The position numbers were made by a program, and so were the translations under genes. Source: Squalus acanthias (lineage: Eukaryota). Taken from it: 64,000 bases of DNA. The DNA lies in NCBI GenBank assembly GCA_030390025.1, contig CM059432.1:135720001-135784000 (forward strand), given 5' to 3'. Within the stretch, counting starts at the first letter, position 1; every line of letters starts with the position of its first letter. Under the pieces are notes generated by a model. That model was given only the letters and a program-made list of their open reading frames with translations, ran no database searches and was not told the DNA's origin. This document shows, piece after piece, positions 27,983 to 41,600 of this stretch.

Positions 27983-29190
27983 AATGAACCAAATGGTCAT
28001 TCCTTGTCTTTTTTCGTATCTTTATCTGTTTACGGGGAATATCAGAAACTGAGGTGAGCTCCCGCTCTCCAAAGTTATCCGAGCTGGAAGTTAAAGGAGC
28101 ATGTATCCTCCCTGTGAACAGTCTGGGCCCCTGACATTGTTCATGCTGGTGAAGCCTCTTTGGCTGCATAACAACATCAGCATCCACTTGCGGCCAACTG
28201 TGGTGATGTTGCAGGAAAGGCTCTGTTCTCCAGAAATATCCGTTTTCCCATTAATTAAGTTGGCTGCAAATTCCTTGTCATTTAGGTTTTTAGCTAATAA
28301 AACATCAAATGCCGAAATCCCACTTCTTTTACATCTAACTGAGCCAGATATGCAAGCCGCAATTTGCCTGAGGTAGAATTCTCACAATACCATGAATGCA
28401 GGCCCTCCTGCCCTCTAAGCAATGATTGTTCCCATACTAGATGTGGGCACACCAGCATCAGACTACACCAAGTTCTATGCAATTCTGCTGTGGGCCACTC
28501 CTTCTCTGTGACAAGCACAGCGCCAGATTCCCTGCATCTGCTGTCGTGACACATCTGGCAATCTCTTGTTTCAATAGCACTCAGCCTGCATGACTGTGCC
28601 CTGGATCCTCTTTCAGACCAAAAGTTTAATTTGCAACCCACGTTATTATATCTATAACCTTTAATTTCTATTGAATCACCCATCTATACTGACACAATGC
28701 AGGTAGAGTCCAGTGACTAGAGTCCAGTCAGTGTGAGACCTTTGCCTGCCCACCTACCTGCTGGCTTCCTTTGAATTCAACAGGCTGCAAAATGATCAGT
28801 CAACTCAGCCATCTGACTCAGGGTCTTGAGCAACTAGCCTTAAATTATCTGGAACCACTGCCAGCGACTGAGCTCTTGAAAGAAAGAAATTTCATTTTGT
28901 ATATGTGCTTCCCATAAGATGCACCACTTTTAAAGTGTAGTCACTGTTGTTATGCAAGCAATGTGGCAGTCAATTTAAGCACATATAGGCCCCACAAACC
29001 GCAAATGATCAGTTGATGCTTTTGGTGGTGATGGTTGAAGGAGGAATGTTGGCTCAGGACACCAGGATCATTCCCTGCCCTTCTGTGAATTGTGCCATGG
29101 GATCTAAAATCCACTTGAACTAGCGGTCCAGGCAGGAAGGCTTTCTAACCATAGATGTTTACAGCACAGGAGGAGGCCATTTGGCCCATT

Positions 29191-30633
29191 GGGGGGCGAT
29201 TTTCTGACGTCGGAGGAGGCGGGTTTGGAGGCGTGAAAGGCGGGCAAATCAGAATCGAAGAGGTCGGGTTCGGAACCCGCCTCCAACCCGCCTCCGTGGG
29301 ATTTTGCTGGTGCCGGTTTTGGAGGTCGGGAAACGCTCCCGCCTCCAGCTGGCCATTGCGCTATTTAACATCCTTAAATGCTCGTTAAGGGCCTCTCTAA
29401 GCCCATTTTGAGAGGCCCTCGTGATTTTTCCAGCATTTTGGCGTGCTCCACGCACCTCCTGAACCACGCCAGGTAAACCTGGCGGGTTGACTCGTGGGTG
29501 GCCTCCTCACTGCTGCAGGTCTAACAAGACATCGTTTATTGCAGCAAGGATTACTTGCAGGTGCCAGACCTTGGCTTTTAAAGGTCTCTGAGCACTTTTA
29601 GAAGGCCTTCCGAAGTCGGAGGTGCTGCAGCTTGAATCAATCAACTGTGGGACCTCCTTGGAAGACCCTCTCCCCGCTTGCAATGAGCGCTTCCCCAAAG
29701 GAGGCATCTACAAGCAGTATGGGAACCATTCGTTTTCTTTCTGCATGGACCTCAGATGAGGATGAGGAGGAGGAGGAGGAGGAGGAGGATCTGGAGGAGG
29801 AGGAGAAGGAAGAGCAGGTGGAGGTCAGAGCACCGGTGTATCGACTAGCGGCAGCGGCAGCACGCGAGCACATGGCTGCCCAGGATGTAAGGGATGAATT
29901 TATCATGACCAGATTTACATAGGTTGCCCAAGTTGGCACATGTCCTTGGCTCCATCCTAGGACATCATTGACAATGGACATTACTCTCTGGCCTCCTTTC
30001 ACTCAGGCCACCAACCTGACAACGCAAGTGTGGCGGTGCCCGCAATGTGGAGCTGCCTCAGGCGAAAGAACAGATGGCATAACGCCAACATTTTGGCTTC
30101 AAATCATTTTAATGCTTTCCAACAGGGATGGCATTTCATCAATACACAGAAACAGTCTCCCAATCTGCACACAGATCTGGAGGTTATATCCCTTGCCAGC
30201 TGTACCCACACAGCCTTGGTTTCTTTGGCAGGCCTCTTCCTCCGAGATGAGTGGAAGAGCACCTCCATGCTAGCTGTCACCCCCTCCAACAACATTTGCA
30301 GCGCCTCGTCCGAGAGCCTCGGGTAGGCCCTTGCCTTGGAATTGGACATAGTGGTTTCTCAAAAGATGTTGGAGGTGGTGCAGGAGATGCAGAAATGCTG
30401 TGGAATGAGCCAAGGGAGCAAGAATCCATAAAATCAGACTGGAAAAGTGCTGTCAACAGAGGCGAGTTTCAGTCCCAAAACACTAATTGACCAAGGGCAT
30501 CCCACACCTCTGAAATCAAGTGGCCAATCATGGGAAAATCACAAATTTTTGAAACCTATCAGTGGAGGCGGGTTTCAAACCCACCCAAACTGAAACCCGC
30601 CTCCATCTCACCTCCAGTGGGAAAATCGCCCCC
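29191..30633. mobile_element. Internally deleted PIF/Harbinger element with Myb/SANT-like remnant, inserted in a CR1 tail
   Basis: TIRs ggggcgattttc / gaaaatcgcccc; TSD ATT(G); minus ORF 30104-30349 PRLSDEALQMLLEGV...LF...WVQLARDITSRS resembles the Harbinger Myb-like protein; host CR1 tail 29150-29190 resumes at 30634. Confidence 0.8.
29757..29815 (+). repeat. (GAG)n-rich microsatellite
   Basis: gaggatgaggaggaggag... visible directly. Confidence 0.9.
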
Positions 30634-31320
30634 ATTGTGTCTGGGCTGACTCATTACAGGAGCATTCCAAAACTAATCCCACTGTCCCGCTTTCTCCCCA
30701 CTGCCCTGCAACTTCTTTGCTTCTAATGTTTATCAACATTTTCCTTAAAAAATGCAATTGTATCTGTCTCAGGTATTCTCTATGGCAAAGCATTTCAAAG
30801 GAATTTCTCCTGATCTCACTCGTCACTCTTTTACTAATAATTTTAACTTGACAATCCCACATCAGTGACTCCTCAACCACAGGAAATTGTTATTCCTAAA
30901 CCACCCTATAAAAACCCTTCATCATTTTACAAACCTCTATTAAGTCTACTTTTAGCCTTCTCTGTTCCATGGAAATAGTCCCAGTATCTCAAGTCTCTTC
31001 TCATAACCATAGTTTCCCAACCCTGGCATCATCCGTGTGAATCCACACTTTTTATGTTCTCTATGGTGTCTATAATACGGCACCCAAACCTCATCCAGTA
31101 CTGTAACAATGACCTAGCCATTGCTTGTACAAATTTATCATTACCTTGATTTACTCTCTCATTTGACAGATAGAACCTCCGACAATGCCACACTCCCATT
31201 AGTCTTGCACTCAAGTCCAAATGCAACCTCAATCTTCAAAGGCGAGAATACTACCAACTGAGTCAAGCTGAAATTTCAACCTCTTAACATAAATTGATAT
31301 ATTTCTTTATAAGACTTTAT

Positions 31321-31954
31321 GGCTTGGAATTCCCTTTGCTATGCCACCCCAAATCAAGTAGTAGAGCATGGTGTAGCAGGGAAAATGGGGCAAGGAGGTC
31401 TACTGACCTTAAAATCGGCATTGGCAAGATTCCTCCTTTCCCCCACCTCAAGTAGGGATCTTGGCTGTCGGCCACTTAATAGACCCGCTGCATTTATATG
31501 ATGGCGGGGGGTAGGGGTTTCCCTGCCTTCCTGCCACAATACCACTGACCCCAGGTAAAAACAAGAGAGGAGTGGTGGCAGGACGATCACTGAAGGCCCT
31601 GAAGGAGGGAGGGACCTGGTTGTGGTCAGCTCTCCCACTCTTCTCCCCTCTTCCCAAGTTGAGCGACGTGCTGCGTCGGTTTATTCTGGGACTGTTGCCA
31701 GTACTTCTTGGGCATCCTCAAGGGGCCTTGACCCTCTTTAATTTCTGCCCCTCCCCATTCGAGTGCTGCAGTGAGCTAGTGCCTCTGAACTGCTCCACTG
31801 GACAGTGGTGGACTCCCTTTGTGGAGCTGTGATACCGCCAGGAGCCCACCCTGCACCTATCATGAACCCTGATCCAGGAAAACCTTTTGGGGTCGCAGAC
31901 AGGTCAGCTTGGCGGGATGGAAGTCCAACACCACCTCAAAGGAAAATCCAACCC
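31321..31954. mobile_element. Harbinger-type MITE (older)
   Basis: Imperfect TIRs ggcttggaattccctttg / caaaggaaaatccaaccc; TSD TAT on both sides. Confidence 0.65.
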
Positions 31955-32229
31955 TATATTTACCCCCTCTAACCACAATATCAATGCAACATCCATTTCT
32001 ATAACCCGTTCTTTGCCACTATGGCAATGAGCTCTGCGCAACATTTAAAATTCATGCCTAGACACTTCTTGGGTGTGGGAGGGTGGGGAGGGGGTAAATG
32101 TTCGGAGTCTGCACCTGTAGCGGGAACTCTGCCTTCCGTCAGCAGGTATCAGAAAATCTCAGCGTGCTGGTGACAACTCATGAGCAGTGAACCAATTCTA
32201 ACTGTCTCTCGTTGTCTTTCTGAGTTCTA

Positions 32230-33818
32230 GGCCGCGAATTTAATAGTATTCAGAGGGCGGGTTTGGAGGCGGGTCCGCTGCCAAAATAGCGTAGATTGAC
32301 AGCGGATAGGAAACCCGCTGTCAACCCGCCTCCACGCGAGTCTCCCAGGTGTCGGGTCTGTCAGCGGAGAACTGACCCGACACCAAGCGGCGGGGGAGAC
32401 ACTTCAGTTTATTAAATGGCTTGTTAAGAGCCAATTTAAGACTATTTTGAGGCTTCCTTCACATTTTACGGTCTCCCCCACTGGTTACCTGCTGTTTGGG
32501 GAACACGCCAGCTCAACCTGGTGTGTTTTGATTTTGCTCTGATGTATCTGATAAGCTGACAGCTGCAGAAGTGGTCTCAAGGATGCCATGTTGCAGATGG
32601 TCAGTTTCAGAGCGCAGAAAATGTTGGTTACTGCATTTTTTATACATATAGAGATTTCTTTAGCTTACAAGTTTTTAGATCCAACTGATTGTCCAGTGCC
32701 ACCTCATTGGGAGAACCTCTCTCACCAGTGACAGATCGCTTCTGTCATCTCACCTGCAGCTGCCATCTATTGCAGTAACATCGGTGCCCTTGAAAAAATC
32801 AGACCTTGGTCCTCCGAATCCTTCCACGATCAGCCCCAACACCAACATCAACAGGCACACCAACATCACCAACAACATCACCAACCTTCTCTGCCATCAC
32901 CTGATGCTGCACAGGACACAGGGCATCAGCACCCAACAAAATTACTGCTCGGGAGACCAGCGATGGCATCACCATGGCCAGATTTACTTCGCTTGACGTT
33001 GTAAACCCTGGCTGTCACATGATGCGCTAGGTTGACACCATCCCACACCAGCACCATAAAGCATCCCTTTAATGTCCAAGCCATTCCTTTCACACACTCA
33101 TCACTATAGCGGGGTGGGGGGGGGGGGAAGTTATGTCTCAACAATCACTGGAACTCAGTAAGACACTTCTCAAGGTGCGTATAGATCTGTCCAATAAGGG
33201 GCAGTGTTGAAAATATAGATTTCACTGTATGACAACACATTACCAGAAACTTCACATGGACATTGGCTAAACCTCTCAAGTGCCTACCCTTGTGTGTTGT
33301 TAGTTGGTATGCTTGCAGTAGGATGAGGGTGAGTGTGAGGGGTGGCATGAGATGGGGAAGTGATAAAGTAGATAGAGAGGGTTGGGTGGAGGTTCAAGGT
33401 AAGTTGGTGTCCTGGGGAGGTCTCTTCTGCCTTTGGAAGGGAAGAGAGCCTCCCTGCGTGCTGTGACTCCCTCCATAAGCATATGAAGGGAGTCATTGGA
33501 GAGCCTGGGTGCAAGCGTTTACCTTTGTGTAGTGATTGTCAGTGTTTGCAGCACCTCAATGCTGTCAAACGCTGACAGAACAACTGTCAAACTCCATGTG
33601 GACGTGGTCCCTTTAAGGAAACTGGCTGATGACACGTCATCAAATGACGTCATCAGCCCCACTTCCTGTTAATTGGCCGGGAAGCCCGCAGGGTGGGCTT
33701 AACAAGACCGATCAAGGGAAAATCACGTTTACAGAGCGGCTGCAGCCGGGAGCGAGACCGGAACCCGGAAACCAGCTCTCCCCACCCCCATCCCGCCTCC
33801 TCCATTAAATTCGCGACC
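32230..33818. mobile_element. Internally deleted PIF/Harbinger element with Myb-like remnant
   Basis: TIRs ggccgcgaatttaat / attaaattcgcgacc; subterminal gggtttggaggcggg motifs; minus ORF 33300-33482 LMEGVTARREALFPSKGRR; TSD not clean. Confidence 0.7.
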
Positions 33819-35010
33819 TCAGTTTCCAGTGTGAATCAGGACTGTTAAAAATCCTTCCTCGGATTGTGGAGCATGCAACTGAATCCAGAACATTAGCAGT
33901 GCTGTAAATTGGGAAAAGTCTATGACAATACCAATGGTACGAGATTGGTTGGAAGGAGCTTGTTCCACAGTTCTAATACTCTTATGTCGTTACCATCAAA
34001 GGTGAAATGCATTGTACAGGGCCGTTTCCAATTGCTAGTATAAAGTGGGCAAAACAGGCATACCTACTCGGGAACTAGCTGAGTCCCGATTATTGTCCAC
34101 ACCTGTTAATTCAAAGTTGCATTTTGCTTGAAAAAAGTTTGAATTCAGCAATTTTAATAAAACAGGGTTTTTGTTCCTGGTTGCACAATTTGAATTCGAA
34201 TGAACAGACAATTTGAATGAAACGTTTTCGAATTGAGGAGGTGCGTACTGCGGACAAATGCCTCTGTTATTGAGGAATGTTCCCTGTGCAACACTATGGT
34301 TTCTGACAGAGTTAACTAATGGTCTGCAAATCGAGTTTGAAGACAGCAATGATTACCACTTTAAGGGAAAAGTATAAGTCAAGTCCCTTCACCCAACTTA
34401 TGGAAGATATAGGGGAGTGAAGAAGATGAAAGAAAATAGCTGCAGCATTACAGGAAAGGGCATCAGATTTAGTATTTGTGTACTGTGTCTATGGAAGAAA
34501 CTGATATAAATACTATTGTGGCGTATACGCACATAGCCCTTTGAATAACAATTTAAAGCTGAACAGGTCACGCAAGTGGACAAATTCATAAAGAATAATA
34601 AACACCAAAATATTTACCTAATGTTGTTAACTTGTAAGCCACATGTTTTAACATTTTAAAAAGAGAAAACATATTATAACGATACTTTTCTTGGAAAAGA
34701 ATGAAAGAGTCTATTTTATTTGTGAATGTCATGCCATGCAGCATTTTCCTTTCCATAATGAGGTCAAACAAGATATCAATGTCGGCTATTTTCTTTTTAT
34801 AACCAGTCTAACAGAACTCCACTATTTAGAGTCTCTGGCCTTATTATCCTAATTTAATTTTTTTTTCTCCTTTTCTGCCAAATGTTTTCTGCTTCTTTTT
34901 TTAACCTGAAGGAATTGACCTCTTTCTGGAGGGCAGTCTCACAAGTGCCAATCATTTTCGTGGGGACCTCACCCCAATGGCCATCCTTCGTGTGCGAGCA
35001 TAGACAATGG

Positions 35011-37972
35011 AGGGGGTTTTCATTTTGAGTGTGGACAGAAAACTGATGGTTGATAATCGGCCGCCCTTACACACCCCGCCCGATTCTCCTTTCAATTGAC
35101 TTCACTAACATTGGTTGAAATTTAAGATTGAACAATTCGGAAGGATAGACAGAAAGGAAAGGGAGGTGGGGTGGCTTTGTTGGTAAAGGATGGGATCAGT
35201 GCAGTGGTGAGAAGTGATATTGGCTCAGAAGATAAAGATGTAGAATCGGTTTGGGTGGAGATAAAAAATAATAAAGGGAAACAGTCTCTGGTGGGCGTAG
35301 TCTACAGGCCCCCGAACAGTAGCAATACTGTTGGACAGAGTATAAATCAACAAATAATGGAGGCCTGTAAAAAAGGTACGGTAATAATCATGGGTGATTT
35401 TAATCTCCATATTGATTGGACAAATCAAATTGGCCATGGTAGCCTTGAGGAGGAGTTCATAGAGTGCATCCGGGATGGTTTCCTAGAGCAGTATGTAATG
35501 GAACCAACCAGGGAGCAGGCTATCTTGGACCTGGTACTGTGTAATGAGACAGAATTAATAAATGATCTCATAGTAAAGGATCCTCCAGGAAAGAGTGATT
35601 ATAACATGGTTGAATTTCATATTCAGTTGGAGGGTGAGAAAGTTGTATCTCAAACCAGTGTCCTGATCTTAAACAAAGGCAATTACAATGGCATGAGGGC
35701 AGAACTGGCTAAAGTGGACTGGAAAAATAAATTAAAGGGTAAGACAGCTGAAATGTAGTGGCGGACATTTAAGGAGATATTTCATAACTCTCAACAAAAA
35801 TATATTCCAGTGAGAAAGAAAGATTTTAAGAGAAGGGAGCACCATCCGTGGCTAACTAAGGAAGTAAAGGATGGTATCAAATTTAAAACAAAGGCATACA
35901 ATGTTGCCAAGATTGGTGGGAGACCAGAGGATTGGGAAATTTTTAAAAACCAGCAAAGGATGACTAAAAAAACAATAAAGAGAGAGAAGATGAATTATGA
36001 GAATACACTGGCAAGAAACATTAAAACAGATAGTAAGAGCTTCTACAGGTATATAAAAAGGAAGAGGGTAGCTAAAGTAAATGTTGGTCCCTTAGAGGAT
36101 GAGACTGGGGAATTAATAAAGGGGAACGGGGAAATGGCAGAGACTCTGAACAAATATTTTGTATCTGTCTTCACGGTAGAAGACACTAACAACATCCCAA
36201 TAATGGATAATCAAGGGGCCACAGGGAGGGGGAACTAAAGACAATCACTATCACTAGGGAAATAGTACTTGGTAAAATAATGGGACTAAAAGACGACAAA
36301 TCCCCATGGACCAGATGGCTTGCATCCCAGGGTCTTAAAAGAAGTGGCTGCAGTGATAGTGGATGCATTGGTTGCAATATACCAAAATTCCCTGGACTCT
36401 GGAGAGGTCCCAGCGGATTGGAAAACCGCAAATGTAACATCCCTATTTAAGAAAGGATGGAGACAGAAAGCAGGAAACTATAGACCAGTTAGCCTAACAT
36501 CTGCCGTTGTAAAATGCTGGAGTCTTTCATTAAGGAAGCGGTAACAGGACATTTGGAAAATCATAATGCAGTCAAGCAGAGTCAGCATGGTTTTATGAAA
36601 GGGAAATCATGTTTAACAAATTTGCTGGAGTTTTTTGAGGATGTAACGAGCAGGGTGGACAAATGTGAACCAGTGGATGTGGTGTATTTGGATTTCCAGA
36701 AGGCATTCGATAAGGTGCCACATAAAAGGTTACTGTGTAAGATAAGAGCTCACGGTATTGGGGTAATATATTAGCATGGATAGAGAATTGGCTAACTAAC
36801 AGGTCGGGATAAATGGGTCATTTTCTGGTTGGCAAACGGTAACTAGTGGGGTGCCACAGGGATCAGTGCTGGGGCCTCAACTATTTACAATCTACATTAA
36901 TGACTTGGATGAAGGGACCGAGTGTAATGCAGCCAAGTTTGTGGATGATACAAAGATGGGTGGGAAAGCAAGTTGTGCAGAGGACTCAAAGAATCTGCAA
37001 AGGGATATAGACAGGCTAAGTGAGTGGGCAAACATTTGGCAGATTGAGTATAATGTGGGAAAGTGCGAGGTTATACACTTTGGCAGGAAAAATAAAAAAG
37101 CAAATTATTATTTAAATGGAGAGAGATTACAAAATGCTACAGTTCAGAGGGACCTGGGGGTCCTTGTGCATGAAACACAAAAAGTTAGCATGCAGGTACA
37201 GCAAGTAATCAAAAAGGCAAATGGAATGTTGGCCTTTATTTCAAGGGGGTTGGAGTATAAAAGCAGGGAAGTCCTGCTACATCTGTACAGGGTATTAGAG
37301 AGACCACACCTTGAGTACTGCGTACAGTTTTGGTCTCCTTATTTAAGGAAGGATATACTTGCATTGGAGGCAGTTCAGAGACGATTCACTAGGTTAATTC
37401 CAGAGATGAGGGGGTTGACTTATGAGGAAAGGTTGAGCAGGCTGGGCTTATACTCATTGGAATTTAGAAAAATGAGAGGTGATCTTATTGAAACATAAGA
37501 TACTGAGGGGGCTCGACAAGGTAGATGCAGAGAGGATGTTTCCCCTCGTGGGGAAATCTAGAACTTGGGGGCATAATTTCAGAATAAAGGGTCGCCCTTT
37601 TAGAACTGAGATGAGGAGGAATTTCTTCTCTCAGAGGGTCGTAAATCTGTGGAATTCTCTGTCCCAGAGAGCCGTGGAGGCTGGGTCATTAAATACATTT
37701 AAGGTGGAGATAGACTGATTTTTGCAAGATAAGGGAGTGAAGGGTTATGGGGAGCGGGCGGGAAGTGGCTTTGAGCCCAAGATCAGCCATGATCTTATTG
37801 AATGGCGGAGCAGGCTCAAGGGGCCAAGTGGCCTATTCCTGCTCCTATTTCTTATGTTCACCAATGACATTTCTTGACTGCAATGGAAACAAAAATTGGG
37901 CGGAGTGCAATAAGGGTGGCCGATTCGCAAACGCAAGTTTTCCGCCCGTGCCCAGAGTGAAAATGACCCCCC
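35011..37972. mobile_element. Palindromic MITE split in two by a CR1 insertion
   Basis: Left half about 35011-35105 and right half about 37870-37972 are imperfect inverted repeats; uninterrupted relative at 60925-61102. Confidence 0.6.
35130..37858 (+). mobile_element. CR1 LINE, decayed ORF2 (APE + RT) and 3'UTR
   Basis: ORFs 35171-35758 (YRPP, GDFN, LDLV), 35810-36238, 36320-36774, 36851-37498 ([12 protein letters not shown]), 37479-37718; frameshifts. Confidence 0.95.
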
Positions 37973-38098
37973 GTGCGTATTGACAAACTGTTCGCCCACA
38001 CGGGGCCCCATAGCTGAGCCTTATCCCGTCTGCCTAATGGCAAAGCATCCACATTTTCAGCAGAGGTCACTGGACAGTCAGCAGAAAGCCTGGCTGAT

Positions 38099-38440
38099 AT
38101 TTATTTATTTATTTATTTTTTAATTCATTCACGGGATGTAGGCGTATTGCCCATTCCTAATTGCCCTTGAGAAGGTGGTGGTGAGCTGCCTTCTTGAACC
38201 GCTGCAGTCCGTGTGGTGAAGGTACTCCCACAGTGCTGTTAGGGAGGGAGTTCCAGGATTTTGACCCAGCGACGATGAAGGATCGGCGATATACTTCCAA
38301 GTCAGGCTGGTGTGTGACTTGGAGGGGAACTTGGAGGTGGTGGTGTTCCCATGCACCTGCTGCCCTTGTCCTTCTAGGGGGAAGAGGTCGCGGGTTTGGG
38401 AGGTGCTGCCGAAGAAGCCTTGGCGAGTTGCTGCATTGTA
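38099..38440 (-). mobile_element. 3' fragment of the tRNA-headed LINE family
   Basis: Reverse complement of about 41495-41838; (TAAA)n tail. Confidence 0.85.
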
Positions 38441-38611
38441 TTCACCTGGAGGGGCGATAAATTAGTGGAATAAAGTAATTAAACAACAGCTTTTGAGCTG
38501 TATTAAATTATGGGACATCCAGTTAAACATGGATGGTATGCAAAGGTTTGCAATGTTGTTGGTTTTGTTTCATCATTCTTGGGCCAAGTGCAATATAATT
38601 AAGTCAATGGG

Positions 38612-41600
38612 AATGGTAGCATAGTGGTTATGTTACTGGGCTAGTAATCCAGCGGCCTGGTCTAATGATTTGGAGACAGGAGTTCAAATCCCACCACGGC
38701 AGCTGTGGAATTTAAATTCAGTTAATTAAATAAATCTGGAATAAAAAGTTAGTATCAGTAATGGTGACCATCGGATTGTCGGGAAAAAACCATCACTAAT
38801 GTCCTATAGGGAAGGAAATCTGCCATCCTTACCTGGACTGGCCTGTGACTCCAGACCCACAGCAATGTGGTTGAATCTTAACTGCCCTCTCAAACGGCCT
38901 AGCAAGCCACTCAGTTGTAAAAAAATGCTACAAAAAACAATAAGAATAAAACTGGACGGACCACCCGGCTTCAACCTCGGCACCGGCTACAGACACGACA
39001 ATGGCAGACCCAGCCCAGTCGACCCTGCAAAGTCCTCCTCACCAACATCTGGAGACATGTGCTAAAATTGGGAGAGTTGTCCCACAGACTAGTCAAGCAA
39101 CAGCCTGACATAGTCATACTCACAGAATCATACCTTTCAGCCAATGTCCCAAACTCCTCCATCACCATCCCTGGGTATGTCCTGTCAGACCCACCAAGGG
39201 TGGGGGCACAGTGGTATACAGTCAGGAAGGAGTGGACCTGGGCGTCCTCAAAATTGACTGCGGACCCCATGAAGTCTCATGGCTTCAGCTCAAGCATGGG
39301 CAAGGAAACCTCCTGCTGATTACCACCTACCACCCTCCCTCAGCTGATGAATCAGTACTCCTCCATGTTGAACACCACTTGGAAGAAGCACTGAGAGTAG
39401 CAAGGTGCACAGAATGTACTCTGGGGGGGTCCATCACCAAGAGTGGCTCGGTAGCACCACTACTGACCGAGCTGGTCGAGTCCTGAAGGACATAACTGCC
39501 AGTCTGGGCCTGCGACAGGTGGTAAGAGAACCAACACGAGGGAAAAACCTACTTGACCTCGTCTTCACCAATCTACCTGTCGCAGTTGCATCTGTCCATG
39601 GTAGCAGTGACCACCGCACAGTCATTGTGGAGACGAAGTTCCGATTTCACACTGAGGACATCCTCCATTGTGTTGTGTGGCACTACCACCATGCTAAATG
39701 GGATAGATTCAGAACACATCTAGCAGCTCAACACTGGGCAGCCATGAGGCGCTGTGGGCCATCAGCAGCAGCAGAATTGTATTCCACCACAATCTGTAAC
39801 CTCATGACCTGGCATATCCCTCACTCTACTATTACTATCAAGCCAGGGGACCAACCCTGGTTAAATAAGGAGTGTAGAAGAGCATGCCAGGAGCAGCACC
39901 AGGTGTACCTAAAAATGCGGTGCCAACCTGGGGACGCTGCAACACAGGTCTACATGCATGCTAAAAAGCGGAAGCAGCATGCTATAGACAGAGCTAAGCG
40001 ATCCCACAATCAACAGATCAGATCAAAGCTCTGCAGTCCTGCCACATCCAGTCGTGAATGGTGGTGAACCATTAAACAACTAACGGGAGGAGGAGGCTCC
40101 ATGAATATCCCCATCCTCAATGATGCTGGAGCCCAGCACATGAGTGCAAAAGACAAAGATGAAGCGTTTGCAACCACTTCAGCCAGAAGTGCCGAGTGGA
40201 TGATCGATATCAGCCTCCTCCTGAGGTCCCCACAATCACAGAAGCCAGTCTTTAGCCAATTCGATTCACTCCACGTGATATTAAGAAACAGCTGAGCGCA
40301 CTGGATACAGCAAAGGCTGTGGGCCCCGACAACATCCCAGCTGTCGTGCTGAAGACTTGTGCTCCAGAACTAGCCGTGCCTCTAGCCAAGCTGTTCCAGC
40401 ACAGCTATAACACTGGCATTGATCCGACAATGTGGAAAACTGCCCAGGTATGTCCTGGCCACAAAAAGCAGAACAAATTGAATCCGCCAATTACCGCCCC
40501 ATCAGTCTACTCTCAATCATCGGCAAAGTGATGGAAGGTGTCGTCGACAGTGCTATCAAGCAGCACTTACTCACCAATAACCTGCTCACTGATGCTCAGT
40601 TTGGGTTCCGCCAGGACCACTCGGCTCCAGACCTCATTATAGACTTGCTCCAAACATGGACAAAAGAGCTGAATTCCAGAGGTGAGGTGAGAGTGACTGC
40701 CCTTGACATCAAGGCAGCATTTGACCTAGTGTGGCATCAAGGAAGTCAATGGGAATCAGGGGGAAAACTTTTCACTGGCTAGAGTCATACCTAGCACAAA
40801 GGAAGATGATTGTGGTTGTTCGGGGCCAATCATCTCAGCCGCAGGACATCGCTGCAGGAGTTCCTCAGGGCAGTGTCCTAGGCCCAACCACCTTCAGCTG
40901 CTTCCCTCCATCATAAGGTTAGAAATTGGGATGTTCACTGATGACAGCACAGTGTTCAGTGCCATTCGCAACTCTTCAGATAATGAAGCACTCCATACCC
41001 GCATGCAACAAGACCTGGACGACATTCAGGCTTGTGCTGATAAGTGGCAGGTAACATTGGCGCCACACATGTGCCAGGCAATGACTATATCCAGCAAGCG
41101 AAAGTCTTACCACCGCCCCTTGCCATTCAACGGCATTACCATCGCCGAATCCCCCACCATCAATATCCTGGGGGTCACCATTGACCAGAAACTTAACTGG
41201 ACCAGCCACATAAATACTGTGGCAACCAGGGCAGGTCAGAGGCTGGGTATTCTGCAGTGAGTGTCTCACCTCTGACTCCCCAAAGCCTTTCCATCATCTA
41301 CAAGACACAAGTAAGGAGTGTGATAGAATACTCTCCACTTGTCTGGATGAGTGCAGCTCCAACAACACTCAAGAAGCTCGACACTATCCAAGACAAAGCA
41401 GCCCGCTTGATTGGCACCCCATCCACCACCTTAAACATTCACACCCTCCACCACCGGCGTACCGTGGCTGCAGTGTGTACCATCTACAAGATGCACTGCA
41501 GCAACTCGCCAAGGCTTCTTCGGCAGCACCTCCCAAACCCGTGACCTCTACCACCTAGAAGGACAAGGGCAGCAGGCGCATGGGAACATCACCACCTCCA

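Noticed and set aside
27985..28690. Non-repetitive-looking stretch with several short ORFs
   Set aside because: No motif I can assign; possibly an ancient decayed TE.
38612..38696. Functional tRNA-Thr gene
   Set aside because: Over-long variable region, weak acceptor stem, no downstream T-run terminator, and contiguous with a retroelement.
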